Below are positions 13,605 through 26,499 of a DNA stretch of 64,000 nucleotides, one piece after another. Within the stretch, counting starts at the first letter, position 1; every line of letters begins with the position of its first letter. A program made the translations under genes and the position numbers. Where the stretch lies: the NCBI GenBank assembly GCA_050084515.1, contig CM114271.1:11222001-11286000 (forward strand), read 5' to 3'. The DNA is from Blasia pusilla (lineage: Eukaryota). Under the pieces are notes generated by a model. The model made no database searches, was not told where the DNA came from, and was given only the letters and a program-made list of their open reading frames with translations.

Positions 13605-15057
13605 GAATTGTAATTTTGAACTCTCTTTTTATCAAACAATGATCCTCTTGGGGATGGAACTCAGTAAACGGCTGTAAAATGGAAACTCTTGTACATTACA
13701 GAGATCCAAAAGTTGAGTCCTCAAAATTGGGAGTCGCAATGGCCATTCCACAATATTTTTTGAGCTGGGGAGAGGTGTTTGGGCACCAATGCTGATGGCG
13801 CCAAATTCCTGAGCTCTAGAACAATGTCAAAGATCCGAAACTTAGCTCCTTCAATTACGGAGTTCCAATGGTGAGGCCGCCATATGAACCTGTCCCACAA
13901 TGTCGGAGATCCAAAATTTGACTCTAGTTAAGGATGCTCTTTTGACATCCCCTTTAATCCATTCGATTGATTTGTTTTTGCTTACAGTGCGTGGAGAATG
14001 GATGGATTCATGCCTAGCCTATTGTACGACTATCAGCTCTGGTTGATAAGTTCTTGCTTACGCTGCCTGGACAATTTACCGATCCTTGCATGTCTTGTGG
14101 CAAATTGGTAAGATCTCTTTAGGACTCAAGTTGAGTACTTGAAGATAGGTAGGGGAGACGTTGTAATCAGCCATTCATACATATCCTTCCCCTGCAAATT
14201 TTCCATGTGCAATTAAGCTTTCATTTCAAAATAAGATTTCCATGGATGCTACGCCCATCTTACTATTCTACTATCGGCTCTATCTTTGATTCTCTAGCTC
14301 CCATAATAGCTAGAGCGCTTTATGAATATTAAGTACTACACCGTGACGTCTTTTCCCCTTTATTGGACTCTCTTTAGTCCTGTGAGTATGAGGGTGGACC
14401 TTATGGGTAGGTCCCGGTCGACCGAGGATCTCCTCTCCAAAGCTGAGCGATCTTTTTGTTTTTTCATAGGGGCTCCGTCAAATGTGCACTCTCTATGATT
14501 TTCGGGCCTCCTCAGGTGATATTCAAGGATCTCGTGGACTTCTATGCGAACATCCTTCTCTAAGCCTTCAACTAGCTTAGGAAAGTAACCTTTTTCTGAT
14601 AACATAGGACCCCCCTCTGGCAACAAGGAGAGAATCCCTTATTGGTTCCTCAAAGCCTGGAGGATGCTGAGGGCTGAGCTTTGTCCCCCCGAAAGGACTG
14701 AAGCCAAAATGTGACTTCTTCCATTTACTAAGCTGTGCACAGTCCTCCTGAGATATGGGGGACCATTTGGAACTTTCCAATTGTTGGACATCTGCACTCT
14801 TTACACAGTACTGTTTTTTCGATGAAAGCCCTTGGGAAACGGCCTTCCCCTTTCCTTATGTTGACTTCTTTGCAGTTATTCTGGTTGCCATTTTGAAGTG
14901 TAGGTCTCTGGCCTCAATATTTCGTGCACAATTTTTTGCGCAATGTTTGCATATATGCTTGGATTTCCAAGAAGAAGAGACGGGAAGTGACTTGGGAGTT
15001 GGGAGTAACGTCAAATTGAGAAGTGAACCTGGAGTTACTTTCGAATCGAGAGTTCAA

Positions 15058-15136
15058 GAGCCGACTTGGAAGCAGATGCAACTTCGGGACCTGGTGTAGA
15101 CACGAGCCGACTTGGAAGCAGATGCAACTTCGGGAG
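15058..15136 (+). repeat. Short direct duplication (GAGCCGACTTGGAAGCAGATGCAACTTCGGGA x2)
   Basis: Two identical ~32-bp copies about 46 bp apart. Confidence 0.7.
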
Positions 15137-15449
15137 CTGTTGGAGATGGGAGTTGTCAAAGACTCGAAAGATGAGCCGTTGGAGACTCGGGAGCTAAGCA
15201 GTTGAAAACTACAAACCGCACAAAACTCATATGTGTAGTTAGAGTATAGCTAAGAAGAAGGCTAGTATGTCTGTAGCACTCATGCAGAGAAGAGATATTT
15301 GTAAATAAGCATAGCAACTCTAGCATTTATGTGGCGCTCTCGCAGAAAATAGACAATTGCAAGCAACCTTGCACATGAATAAAGCTCATTCAAAAAGCTC
15401 ACAATAGTAAACCTTATTGAAGATTGAGTTACAGTGAAGCGCATGAGAC

Positions 15450-16839
15450 ACCTGAACTGCTATATTTGGTACTCACACAAAGTAGGGAAGCTTAATCTTG
15501 GTTAGTCACTTAAGCGCGATTATCTTAACTATGGTTAGTTAATCAAAGTCACTCTAACTCGAGACTAAGGTTAGGGTTAGGGTTTCTTGTACATACCCTA
15601 TATAATTAAGAAGGGGACCAGCCTCCATTCATTCTCTCATCGCAATTTTCGTTCTCCATGGTGGTGTGTGTGTGTGTGTGAGAGTCATTTTCCACCAGTT
15701 ATGCTTGTTTAGCAGTTTTCCACATGGTATTAAAGCGATATAAGAACATCACTTGAAATTCTTGGTGTTTGAGGAGAGAAGAGAGGCAAGAGGAGGCACA
15801 ATTTTAGTTGGGGAGAAGGAAGTTTTATTCAGAGTTGAGTGGGTGCAAATTTCAGGTGGAGCTTTGACATTGATAAAAGTTTGGAGGCGTTTTTTAAGGC
15901 TTTCTTGGTCGATTTAGCCGTATGGGTCCGCAGCTCGTAGAATGAACCTTTGGCTTCTTCTAGCTTTCTTGTAGAGCTCATTGAGAGCTTTCCAACACAC
16001 CCAAAATCGCTCGATTTTGACATTCTAAGCTCCTGCAGTAACAATTTCAGTGTAGGAAAGTGCAATTAGAGAAGAAAAATTGTGCAGTTTGCTCTCTACA
16101 GGCCAATTTTGACTAGTTCTATCATACATTTGATCAATTTTGTCAAATTTCAGGTCGATTTCTGTGTAGGAGTGATCTATGATACAATTGAAGTAGTAGA
16201 AAGCCTAAAATTACATTTTTATGAGTGAAATCGTTTGTCATGGAGTATTCCTCAACAGCAATCACAAGCGAGAAGCTAGATAAACAAAATTACAATGTCT
16301 GAAAGTTTCGCATGAAATAATTTGTCATGGATCAAGAAATATAGGAGTTGTCACAGGTAATGAGGCCAAGCCAGAAGATGACTCAGCAGACTTGAATGTC
16401 CTCGTCTGGAACAAACGCGCAAGGCAAGTAATCCACTTCATTTCAATAACGATCAATTGGCCAATGATAGGTCACATTCAAGATATTGATACTTCGAAGG
16501 AAGCCTGAGATGCATTGGAAAAGCTATTCCAGACATCAACAAAGGCCAAAAAGCTTCTGATGATCTGATTTTATTCACTCTTCAAGGCCTTCCAAAGGCT
16601 TACAAGTCCTTTGAGACCTCTATCTCTATGAGAGAGAAGTATCCAACCTTTCAAGAGTTTGTTCCTCTGTTAATCAGTGAAGAGATGCGCCTAGTAGGCA
16701 GCGGTAGCTCGTCTAGTCTGCAAGAGAGTGCGCTATTTGCAAGTTATGGAGGCAGGGGTCGTGGCAAAAATTTCGGTGGTCGTGGTGGATATCAAGCATA
16801 TGGAGGAAGAGGTACTCAATATAACGTTACACAATCAAC
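15450..16839 (+). mobile_element. Ty1/copia 5' fragment (LTR end, PBS, degenerate gag), cut by a MULE left end
   Basis: ...CA at 15723-15724 followed by TGGTATTAAAGC (degenerate tRNA-iMet PBS TGGTATCAGAGC). Gag-like LDKQNYNV*KFRMK...; YPTFQEFVPLLISEEMR then an RG-rich stretch. Left boundary approximate. Confidence 0.7.
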
Positions 16840-18809
16840 GGGGGTTGGTATTATGACAGGAGAGAGTAAGAGAGGAGAGGAAGAGAGGAAGAGAGGAGAG
16901 TCTCTCTTTAAAAAAAAAGGGCACAATCCGCCTCCTCTATTCAAAACTTCTTGATATTTTTGAAATTTTTGTTTGCTTTCAAATTCATGAAATCTTTAGA
17001 AGAGAGTAGCAAGTGGACCACATTCAGGCCTAAAGTAACCTTCTTTTTCCAGGCTTGGAAAAACAAGTAGACATCATAAGACCACTACAAACATTCTTCC
17101 ATCACTCTCCATTTGAGCCCAATTTTCTTCACATTGCCTATCTAAGCCAGCTCTGCAGTAAGCCGGGATGAGGGGTATTATTGTTGGAGGACCATCGGCA
17201 GATAATTTGACCAGAAGTAGCAATTTCCTCTCCATGATAGGTTCAAATAAAGACTCTAACTATGGTCTAAATAGACTCCTGTGCCCTTCAAGTTTTAACT
17301 TCTGAGAAGATGTGGTTGACATTATGGATTATTGATTCTTCTTCCAAAAGGCATTAAATATCCCCATCCGATCAATACTCATCCATGAGGGGGTTTTCCA
17401 CAACAAAACAAATCACTCATCATTGATGGTATCCGAAGACTTTCATGACAACATTGGATGATGTTGGCTCATGAATGGGTGCATAAAGTATACCATGGAC
17501 TACTGTGCGTTTGACAACTTAGTTTCACTATTCTCTCAGCCACTGAGAAATGTATGCATCAAGAAGAAAATGTGATCGGACTGAGAGGACAATTGAAGCA
17601 AAAGGTTGATAGCTGTCAGCAGTAATGAGGAACTGATGCACCCATGTCCCTTCATTTAAACCCTAAATGTCGGAATCAGACAAGTTGCACCCCTTCCAAC
17701 CCGTCAAAATTTGATGGATTGCATCCCTTGCAAGCAAGCACACCACAACAAAAGAAGGATCTTGACAAGTGATTCCATTCCACCCTGCAACCCATGAGAT
17801 TCCGACAGGTTGGGAATCTGACATGAGAATCCCACAGGTAGTAGGAATCCAACACGTCTCTGAAATACCGTCTTAGAGAAGAATGGTGTGACGATAATGG
17901 GGGAACGAGACAAAAGTCAAGAAGCCTGCCAGAATGCGTGAAAATTTGGACTAACAGGAAAAGAGTAGGATCACTCAATCAGCCAACCTGTCGGAATCCG
18001 ACAAGTTGTCTGAAAGGGATTTAAAATATTGTGACAAGTTACAACCCGTCGTAAAATAAGTTGCAAAATAAACAGCATCAAGTAGATAGTCCAACACAAT
18101 CGACAAGAACAAAAAATAATTCAGCAAAAGTTTACAAAAACCATCATGGTTCAAAAACTTCTTGTCCTTTATTACATCTGAGGGAAGCTCAGAAATGTAC
18201 ATTTGATCTAGTCTATGATTTCTTCAACCTTGTCATCTACAAATTTACTCCTAACTCTCCTAGGTTCCTATACAAAAGGAATGTCTTGGGATACAAGTGG
18301 CTCCTCTGGCCGATTGTAGATGGAGATTGTAAATGTTGGGGAATTTGAGAGCCTTGCCCCCCGCCTAGGTGCACCATAATGGTCCCATGTAACATTATTT
18401 GAGTTGCAACGCCTTCCTCAACAGTAAATCTTGTATGCTCTGTAAGGTGACACCCATCCAGTATCAATATATGCTCCGTCCTTAGAAAGCACTAAATCCC
18501 AACTCCAAAACTCTTTAGGGAAGCTGGGTCCAATAAATCTTTGAACTCAATCGTCATCGTCGGATAGCTCTTCCAAAATTACTGTCGGCTTTGCCCTCCC
18601 AATTTTTTTAATAGTAGGAAGTGACGATGATGTCACTATCAATGGTGGTTCTGGAACCAGAACTGTTGGCTTTGGAGGAGAGTTGTATACTCCCACTAGC
18701 CTCTCGTAATCTGCCTTTGCCTCTTTGCAAAGGTCAAAAATTTATGGCCTTCCCTCAAGGCAGAGAATGTTCTTGCCACTGTGCCAGACACCTCTGATAC
18801 TCGCCCCTT
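16840..18809 (+). mobile_element. MULE left end plus 3' end of cargo gene (fragment A; complementary half of copy C)
   Basis: Starts GGGGGTTGGTATT followed by (GAGAGGAA)n. Ends in cargo MTase sequence at TCGCCCCT, exactly where copy C breaks off at 56398. Confidence 0.85.
17090..17656 (-). pseudogene. Possible third, decayed ORF near the MULE left end (unknown product); homolog at ~19040-19615
   Basis: One frame reads NEGTWVHQFLITADSYQPFASIVLS...HGILYAPIHEPTSSNVVMKVFGYHQ... in both copies. The stops inspected are explainable by single C>T or G>A changes. Confidence 0.35.
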
Positions 18810-21089
18810 GGGGATTGGTATTCTGATAGGTGAGAGAGGAAGAGAGGAGAGTCTCTCTTAAAAAAAAAAGGGCAGAATATACCTCCTCTCTTCAAAACTT
18901 TTTGACATTTTTGAAATTTTTGTTTGCTTTCAAATTCATGAAATCTTTTGAAGAGAGTAGCAAGTGGACCACATTAGGGCCTAAAGTAACCTTCTTTTTC
19001 CGGGCTTGGAGAAAGAAGGTTACTTCACCAGACATCATAAGACCACTACAAACATCCTTCCATCACTCTCCATGTGAGCCCAATTTTCTTCACATTGCCT
19101 GTCTAAGCCAGCTCTACAGTAAGCCGGGCACAGGGGTATTATTGTTGGAGGACCATCGATAGATAATTTGACCAGAAGTAGCAATTTCATCTCAATGAAA
19201 GGTTTAAATAAAGACTCTAACTATAGTCTCAATAGACTCCTGTGCCCTTTAAGGTTTAACTTCCCTGAAGATGTGGTTGATATTATGGATTGTTGACTTT
19301 TCTTGCATTAAATATCCCATCTAATCAATATTCATCCATGAGGGGGTTTTCCACAACATAACAAATCACTCATCACTGATGGTAGCTGAAGACTTTCACG
19401 ACAGCATTGGATGATGTTGGCTCATGAATGGGTGCATAAAGTATATCATGGATTGTTGTGCGTTTGACAACTTAGTTCCACCATTCTCTCAGCCATTGAG
19501 AAATATATGCATCAAGAAAAAAATGTGATCAGATTGAGAGGACAATTGAAGCAAAAGGTTGATAGTTGTTAAGAGTAAAGAGGAACTCATGCACCCATGT
19601 CCCTTCATTCAGACCCTAAATGTCGGAATCCGACACGTTGCACCCATTCCAATCCGTCGGAATCCCACAAGTTGCAACTCTTGCAACCCGTCGGAATCCG
19701 ATGGGTTGCATCCCTTGCAAGCAAACACACCACAACAAAAAAAGGATCTTGATAAGTGATTCCATTCCACCCTGCAACCCATGAGAATCCGACAGGTTGA
19801 GAATCTCACATGAGAATCCGTCAAGTAGTAGGAATCCAGTGTTAGAGAAGAATGGTGTGACAAAATGGGGGAATGAGGCAAAAGTGAAGAAGCCTGCCAA
19901 AATGCCTGAAGAGTTGGACTAACAAGAAAAGAATAGGATCACTCAAGCAGCCAACCTGTCGGAATCTGACAAGCTACCTGAAAGGGGTTTAAAATGGTAA
20001 TCCGACCGATTGCAAAATAAACAGCCTCCAGTACATAGACCAACACAATCGACAAGAATGAAAAACAATTCAGCAAAGTTTACAAAAACCATCATGGTTC
20101 AAAAACTTCGTGTCCTTTATTACATCCGAGGAAAGCTCGGAAATGTACATTTGATCTAGTCTATGATTTCTTCAACCTCGTCATCTATAAATTCACTCCT
20201 AACTCTCCTAGGTTCCTATACAAAAGGAATGTCTTGGGATACAAGTGGCTCCTCTGGCCGATTGTAGACGGGGATCAAAAATGTTGGGGAATTCGAGAGC
20301 CTTGACCCCCCCTTCTAGGTACACCATAACGGTCCCATGTATAATGATTGGAGTGTCAACTCCTTCCTCGGCAATAAATCTTGTATGCTCTGCAAGGTGA
20401 CACCCAATCGAGTATCAATATGTGCTCTGTCCTTGGAAAGCACTAAATCCCTACTCCAAAACGCTTTAGGGAAGCTGGATCCAATAAATCTTTGAACACA
20501 CTCGTCATCGTCCGATAGCTCTTCCAGAATTACTCTCGGCTTTGCCCTTCCGATTTTTGGAATAGTAGGAAGTGACGATGGTGTCACTATCAATGGTGGT
20601 TCTGGAACCGGAGCTGTTGGCTTTGGGAGGCGAAGGATCCAGGGCTTACGTCTCCAAAATGTCAACGACAAGGCCGTCGAGTGGCCTCAATCTTATAGAT
20701 CGAATGAGGGAAGGGGAAGATCTTTACGGAAGCTCGGTAAGCTTTGATATTTGCTACAGAGTGCTGAATGGATGGTTGACCATGGGTGCTCACGTTTATG
20801 ACCATGTGGAGAAGGGACTCAAAACTACATTTGTCTGTGAGGTAAAAGCAGAAGACGTTGGCAGTTTGAAGATGTGTTGGTTACTCTTATTGGAGGTGGT
20901 GAAGGAAAACCAAAGGCCACCTCCGGAAATTTATGGATTCATGGCGGACAATGCACAACCTGGGTGGATTGCTATCAGGGAAGTGTTCGGGGATGGAGTG
21001 GTTCAACCAGAGAAGGAAAGGTCGGATGCTTTCCATTGGCAACAGTCTGTGACCCGGTACACCAAATCTTGCATCAAGGAGAATAAAGG

Positions 21090-21995
21090 ATGGACAACCA
21101 AGTGGATAGAATGGAAGTTCTCAAAGAAAAAAAGAGGACCTACTATTATGAGTATAGGAAAAGAAGGAAAGCACTTCATGATCAAGTTGAGCCTCCTTTG
21201 GTACTTGACACTTTTTCAACTACTCCAAATATGGAGATTTTGACTCTAGTTTTGACTATCCGAAGTCAAATCATATGGTATCTATCTTACTTTTTATATC
21301 CTCTCAAAAATTTTCATTGCTCATTTATTGTCTATTGTTTATAATATGCTAATTCTTTTTAGCCTTCCAATGCAAATGTAGTCTTGGTAGGAGAAAATCT
21401 AAAGATTCATCTTGGATCCACAGAGAATATTTACATGTCGCCAAGACCAATACTTGAGTTACCTCACCATGCACTCCATGAAGTTATTGAGAATTCTTGT
21501 ACGATCAGCCCAACTACTTATGTACCACCAAGAGTTGAATTACCTATTGATCTCCCTATTCCAGATAAATAGTTTGAAGGTGTACATGAAGTCGTTGAAA
21601 ATTATTTGACTCTTCCCTATCTTGGGAATAAAGAAATATCAAGACTAGGTTATGTTTCTTCCACTTGTAATGGAGTTATGTTACCTATAGAAAGTGCCAC
21701 TATACCAAATGCTTCTAAAATTCATCAGGCGTCTATTGTTGATAGGGTAGTAAGACGTAATATATTATGAAATCTTGCAAGGAGTCCAAATTTCCAAGAG
21801 AGTGATATTAGGAAGTTGCGATTACAAAGGGGTTTGAGTTATACCAGTAGTCGCCGTACGTTGGGTTCTATGGCACATCCAAAAATATGCCTATCATGTT
21901 CTGCCTTGCATTGGAAATGTGAAATGGTCAAAGGTATCAAGTTTAGTGAGTCACCATATGGCATGTGTTATGGCCATGGGAGAAATGTCTCCGTT
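21090..21995 (+). pseudogene. Helitron Rep/helicase N-terminal fragment (Zn-finger region)
   Basis: RTLGSMAHPKICLSCSALHWKCEM...YGMCYGHG matches the LGxM..CxxCxALxWxxE...CCxxG pattern of Helitron N-termini. Confidence 0.6.
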
Positions 21996-22950
21996 TTCCT
22001 GACTTGTTGTCTACGTCCGCCATTCGGGGGTTACGAGTTTCCTATCGAGGGACATTTCATTGTTGGGGGCACCGGACTTAGAGCGAGTAGGGACCATAGA
22101 CTTGGTCATTGCTGGTTGGCCATGTCAGGGCCAATCGAGTGTTGGACGGGGTAGCGGATTAGCTCACTCTCGGTCCAGGTTGTTCTGGGAGATGATACGG
22201 ATCTTGTGACACTTGCAAAAGCATCAGTCTCATCCTCTAGCATACATTCTAGAGAATGTGCCGATTTTGGGAAATTTTAGGTTCCGTGTGGTAACGAGTG
22301 CACATCAGGTGCGCTCATGGATCGGCGCGGCAGTTTTGTTGGATACGGCGAGTATGGGTTCACGAGCACATCGCCCGTGTCTTTGGTGGATCAACTTGGT
22401 GCCATATGAGGTGTTGCGGAGGGCTTATGCAAGAGTGGAGATTCCCTCTCATTTGTTGGTGGATTCTATATTGGATTCAAGTTGTCAATCACAAGCAGTG
22501 AGGCACTATGATCGACTGCCGTTAATTGTGGTTAACAGGATTGGCATGCCACGGGTGGTCTTTCCCACATTTGTGAGTTTTATTGCTTCCTATGCATTCA
22601 AGGAGGATGCTCTTGGCTTGGTTTGGGATGACTAGGTACAAAGGTTGGTAGAGCCCAACGCCGATGAGCGAGAGCGAGCGATGGGATTCCCCACAGGAGT
22701 AACGGCAATACCGTCACTATCAGAGGCATCATGACGCCATGTCTTGGATCAGGTGATGGACTTGAACTGCTTGACATGGATTTTCACCTTAGGAATAGCT
22801 AAGCAGCATCGTTTGAGGATTCGACAGATCACATCAGTTGCGCTCGTAAACCCTATGCCTATCAGGACGATTGAGGCAATGGCTAGGAAGGAGATCTGAG
22901 GAGATCAACACACCAAGGATGATCAAGAGAGACACCCTTGGACTTCTTCA
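21995..22950 (+). pseudogene. DNMT3-like methyltransferase fragment from the gypsy family
   Basis: DLVIAGWPCQGQS with intact catalytic PC at 22120-22125, YILENVP, GSRAHRPCLWWIN, ERERAMGFP. Confidence 0.85.
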
Positions 22951-23750
22951 ATTTCATGATGTTCGGAAATTAGGCGGAAGTTGGAGCTTCACGTTCAGGC
23001 TAGCTTACTATAGATCATAAATGATTACCCAACATATGGAACCATCTTTGGGCAGAGCCATGGTGGAAAACTAGGATGCACTATATGTGGGCCTCGGGTT
23101 GATTATGATTTCTCAAAGTCTTGTGGCAAACCCATATATGGTTATCACTGTCGGTAGCTTGCCATGAACCATCAATGTAGGACTCGTAGGTATGGATCTC
23201 ATTTCAATGAGAGTGTAGAACTTAGACCACATGTGCCAAGAATCCTTTCCAAAGAAATTTTTGGATGGGCAAATGAAAAAAAGATATATGATGAGAGTGG
23301 AAGTCGAGAAGACAATCCTAGTGATCCTTACAAGAGGATTGGAGTGAAAAGGTTGAGTATACTATATTCGATGCCTTACTGGCCAGTATCCTGCTTTCTA
23401 CCTTCTATATTCTTCCTTTTTTTCACAAAATAGTTGGTATAGATGAGAATAGCCTTTGTTCAATTTGAGTGTGGCAACAATATATTATGTTAAAATTGAG
23501 GATTGCAACATATTCCTTGATGATCCTTTCAGAATTTGCTTATACGTCATACATTAGATATAATGCATATGGAGAAAAATATTGCTGAGAATGTGGTTAA
23601 GACCTTGTTTGGGGTGAAAGATTCGGTGAAAGTCAGAAGAGATATGGAGGTTCATGGAATTCGAAGTCATTTATGGTTGCAGCCCCATCCCACTAGAGCC
23701 CAAGTATTTGTTAAACTTGTTTTTGATTATTGTCTATCTCCCCAAGACTT
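22950..23750 (+). pseudogene. CACTA (En/Spm) TnpD-like transposase fragment with one intron (~23386-23532)
   Basis: INDYPTYG...GKLGCTIC, GVKRLSILYSMPYW and LLIRHTLDIMHMEKNIAEN, typical of CACTA transposases. Confidence 0.85.
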
Positions 23751-26499
23751 GAATAAGACAGAGCATGTCACTCTACTCCAACGCTGCAAGGACAAAAAAA
23801 CCTTGAAACAGGCCATGGAATGCCAAGAATAACTACACGGGTGGTGGAGGAAGCATGCGATTGAGGGGAAATACAAAGAGTCGTGCTCTTGGCTCAGTTG
23901 GTGGACTATACGAATGAGACAATGGGGAAACTTCAAGCGGCAGGTGAGTTTAGTATTTGGTCCTGTCGAGCTCATGCTGAGAATTGTTTGAAAAGTTGCA
24001 GCTCAAGTTGAGAAGCGTGGGCACTATTAGGATTTGATTCTGAAGAAAACAAGCAACTTGTCGGATGCGAAAGGTTGCCTGAGTGTGCAACAAGTAGAAA
24101 ATTGACGGGTTGCATCAAGAATGTTTGTATTACCCGTCCGAGCGTGACATCATGCACGAGGAATGTTTGTGCAACCCGTTGGAACCCGACTAGTTGCATG
24201 AGTGTGCAACATGTCGAATCCCCATGCGTTGCAAGTTGCATGTGTGCAAGGCTTGTAAATAGTTCGACCCGGATGGGTTGCAAGACACAAGGCTGCAAGT
24301 TAACTCGGTCTACAACCCATCGGATTCCAAAAACTTGCGTCTGTCTGCAACGTGTCGGACATAAAGTAGTTGCGTGTGTATGCGACTCCTTGCATTCAGA
24401 CAGGTTGCGGTTGTCTCCAAGTCGCATCCAAACACGTTGCATCAGTTCAAGTTAACTGGAACCCGTCGAATTCCAATAGTTGCAAAGCTTCGTGTGTGAC
24501 ACTTCTTGCAAGCCAACGGAATCTGATAGGTTGCACAGGGATTTTCGAGACCGGACCGGCTTACTTCTCACAACACGTCCGATTCTGACGGGTTGGAGTA
24601 GCAAGTTTTTGGGTCTTAGGTTGGAGTAAAAGGTTACTGGGACATTCCAGGGATGTCTCCGACTTGCAACCCGTTTTAAGTCAAAGGATGGAAAATCCAT
24701 GTGCAACTTGTCGGATTCAGATGACTTCCACTTGGATCTTCCAGCCCGGAGTGGCCAAAGTGGGGGCTGGTATTCTGGCAAGAGAGAGGAAGAGAGGAGA
24801 GGAAGAGAGGAAGAGAGGAAGAGAGGAGAGTCTCTCTTAAAAAAAAAAGGGCCAAATCCGCCTCCTCTCTTCAAAAGGTTTTGACATATTTGAAAATTTT
24901 GTTTGCTTTCAAATTCATGAAATCTTTAGAAGAGAGTAGGTAGTGGTCCACATTCAGGCCTAAAGAAACCTCCTTTTTCCAGGGGGCGAAAAACAAGTAG
25001 ACATCATAACTCCACTACATCACTCTCCATGTGAGCCTAAGTTTATTCACATTACCTGTCTCAGTCTACAGTAAGCTATGCCCAAGGGTATTTTTGTTGG
25101 AGGACCATTGGCAAATAATTTGACCAGAAATAGCAATCTCATCTCAATGAAAGGTTGAAATAAAGACCAAATTTTTGAAATGTGAACATAGGAGACGATA
25201 ATTGAACCAAAAGATTGTTAGGTGTCTGGAGTAAAGAGGAACTGATGTCCCTTCATTCAGATCCTAAATCTGAGAAACCGAGAAGTTGTACCCCTCCCAA
25301 CCCGTCGGAATTTTACAGGTTGCAACTCTTGCAACCCGTCAGAATCAGATGGCTTGCAGCCCTTGCAAGCAAGCTCACCATAACAAAGAAAAGATTTTGA
25401 GAAGTGATTCCATTCCACCCTGCACCCACGAAAATCCAACCGGTTGGGAATCCGAAATGGCAATCCGACAAGTAGTAGGAATCCATCACATCTTAGAGAA
25501 GAAAATAAGCCTACCACTGGTTTGACGATACTAGGGGAACGAGCAAAAAGTGAAGAAGCCCGCCACAATGCCTTATAAGTTGGTCTCACAGGGAAAGAGT
25601 CTGATCACTCTAGCGGCCAACCTGTCGGAATTCGACAGATTGCCTCGAAATGGTTAAAAAGTTGCAATGGTCAAAAAGTGAAAAGTTGCAACCCATCGGA
25701 ATCAGACAAGTTGAAAAATAAACATTCTGAGGACCAAGACGAACACAATCGACAAGTCCAAAAAAAATATTCAACAAACTTTTACAAACACCATTATCGT
25801 TTGAAAAAATCTTGTCTTTTATTACATCCGAAGGGAGCTTGGAGATGTACATTTGATCTAGTCTATGATTTCTTTAGCCTCGTCATCTACGAATTTACTC
25901 CAAACTCTCCTAGGTTCCTGTACAAAAGGAATGTCATGGGATACAAGTGGCTCCTCTGGCCGATTGTAGACAGAGATCAAAAATGTTGGCGAATTCCCAC
26001 CGCCTTCCTCGGTAGTATATCTTGTACGCTGTGCAAGGTGACACCCATCAAGTATTAATATGTGCTCCGTCCTTGGAAACACCATCATGGAAATCCGACA
26101 AGTAGTAGGAATCTAACACGTCATAGAGAAAAGAAGAAGCCTCCTCCTTGTTTGACGATACTAGGGGAAGGAGCCAAAGTGAAGAAGCGCGCGAATATCT
26201 CTAAAGTTGGACTAATAGGGAAAGAGTCTAATCACTCACGCGGCCAACCTGTCGGAATCCGACAGGTTGCATGGAAGTGGTTAAAAAGGTGCAGTGGTCA
26301 AAAAGTGAAAAGTTGCAACCCGTGGGAATCTGACGGGTTGCAAAATAAACTATCGGAGTACATAGACAATCACATTCGACAAGACCAAAAAATATATTCA
26401 GCAAATTTTACAAACACCATCATCGTTCGAAAAAATCTTGTCCTTTATTACATCTAGAGGAAGCTCGGAACTGTACATTTGATCTATTCTATGAATTCT

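Larger units (their letters stand above)
18810..24761 (+). mobile_element. Internally deleted MULE copy with a mosaic insert
   Basis: Left terminus GGGGATTGGTATT. Cargo 3' end is joined at a GGAGG microhomology (~20627) directly to the transposase core (20628-21086), which resumes at 23751. Confidence 0.8.

Noticed and set aside
13980-15000. Possible decayed coding sequence on the minus strand
   Set aside because: Short broken frames with no motif I can assign and no second copy for comparison.
15568-15586. Telomere-like GGTTAGGGTTAGGGTTT
   Set aside because: Only two to three units; resembles a telo-box in an LTR or promoter, not a telomeric array.
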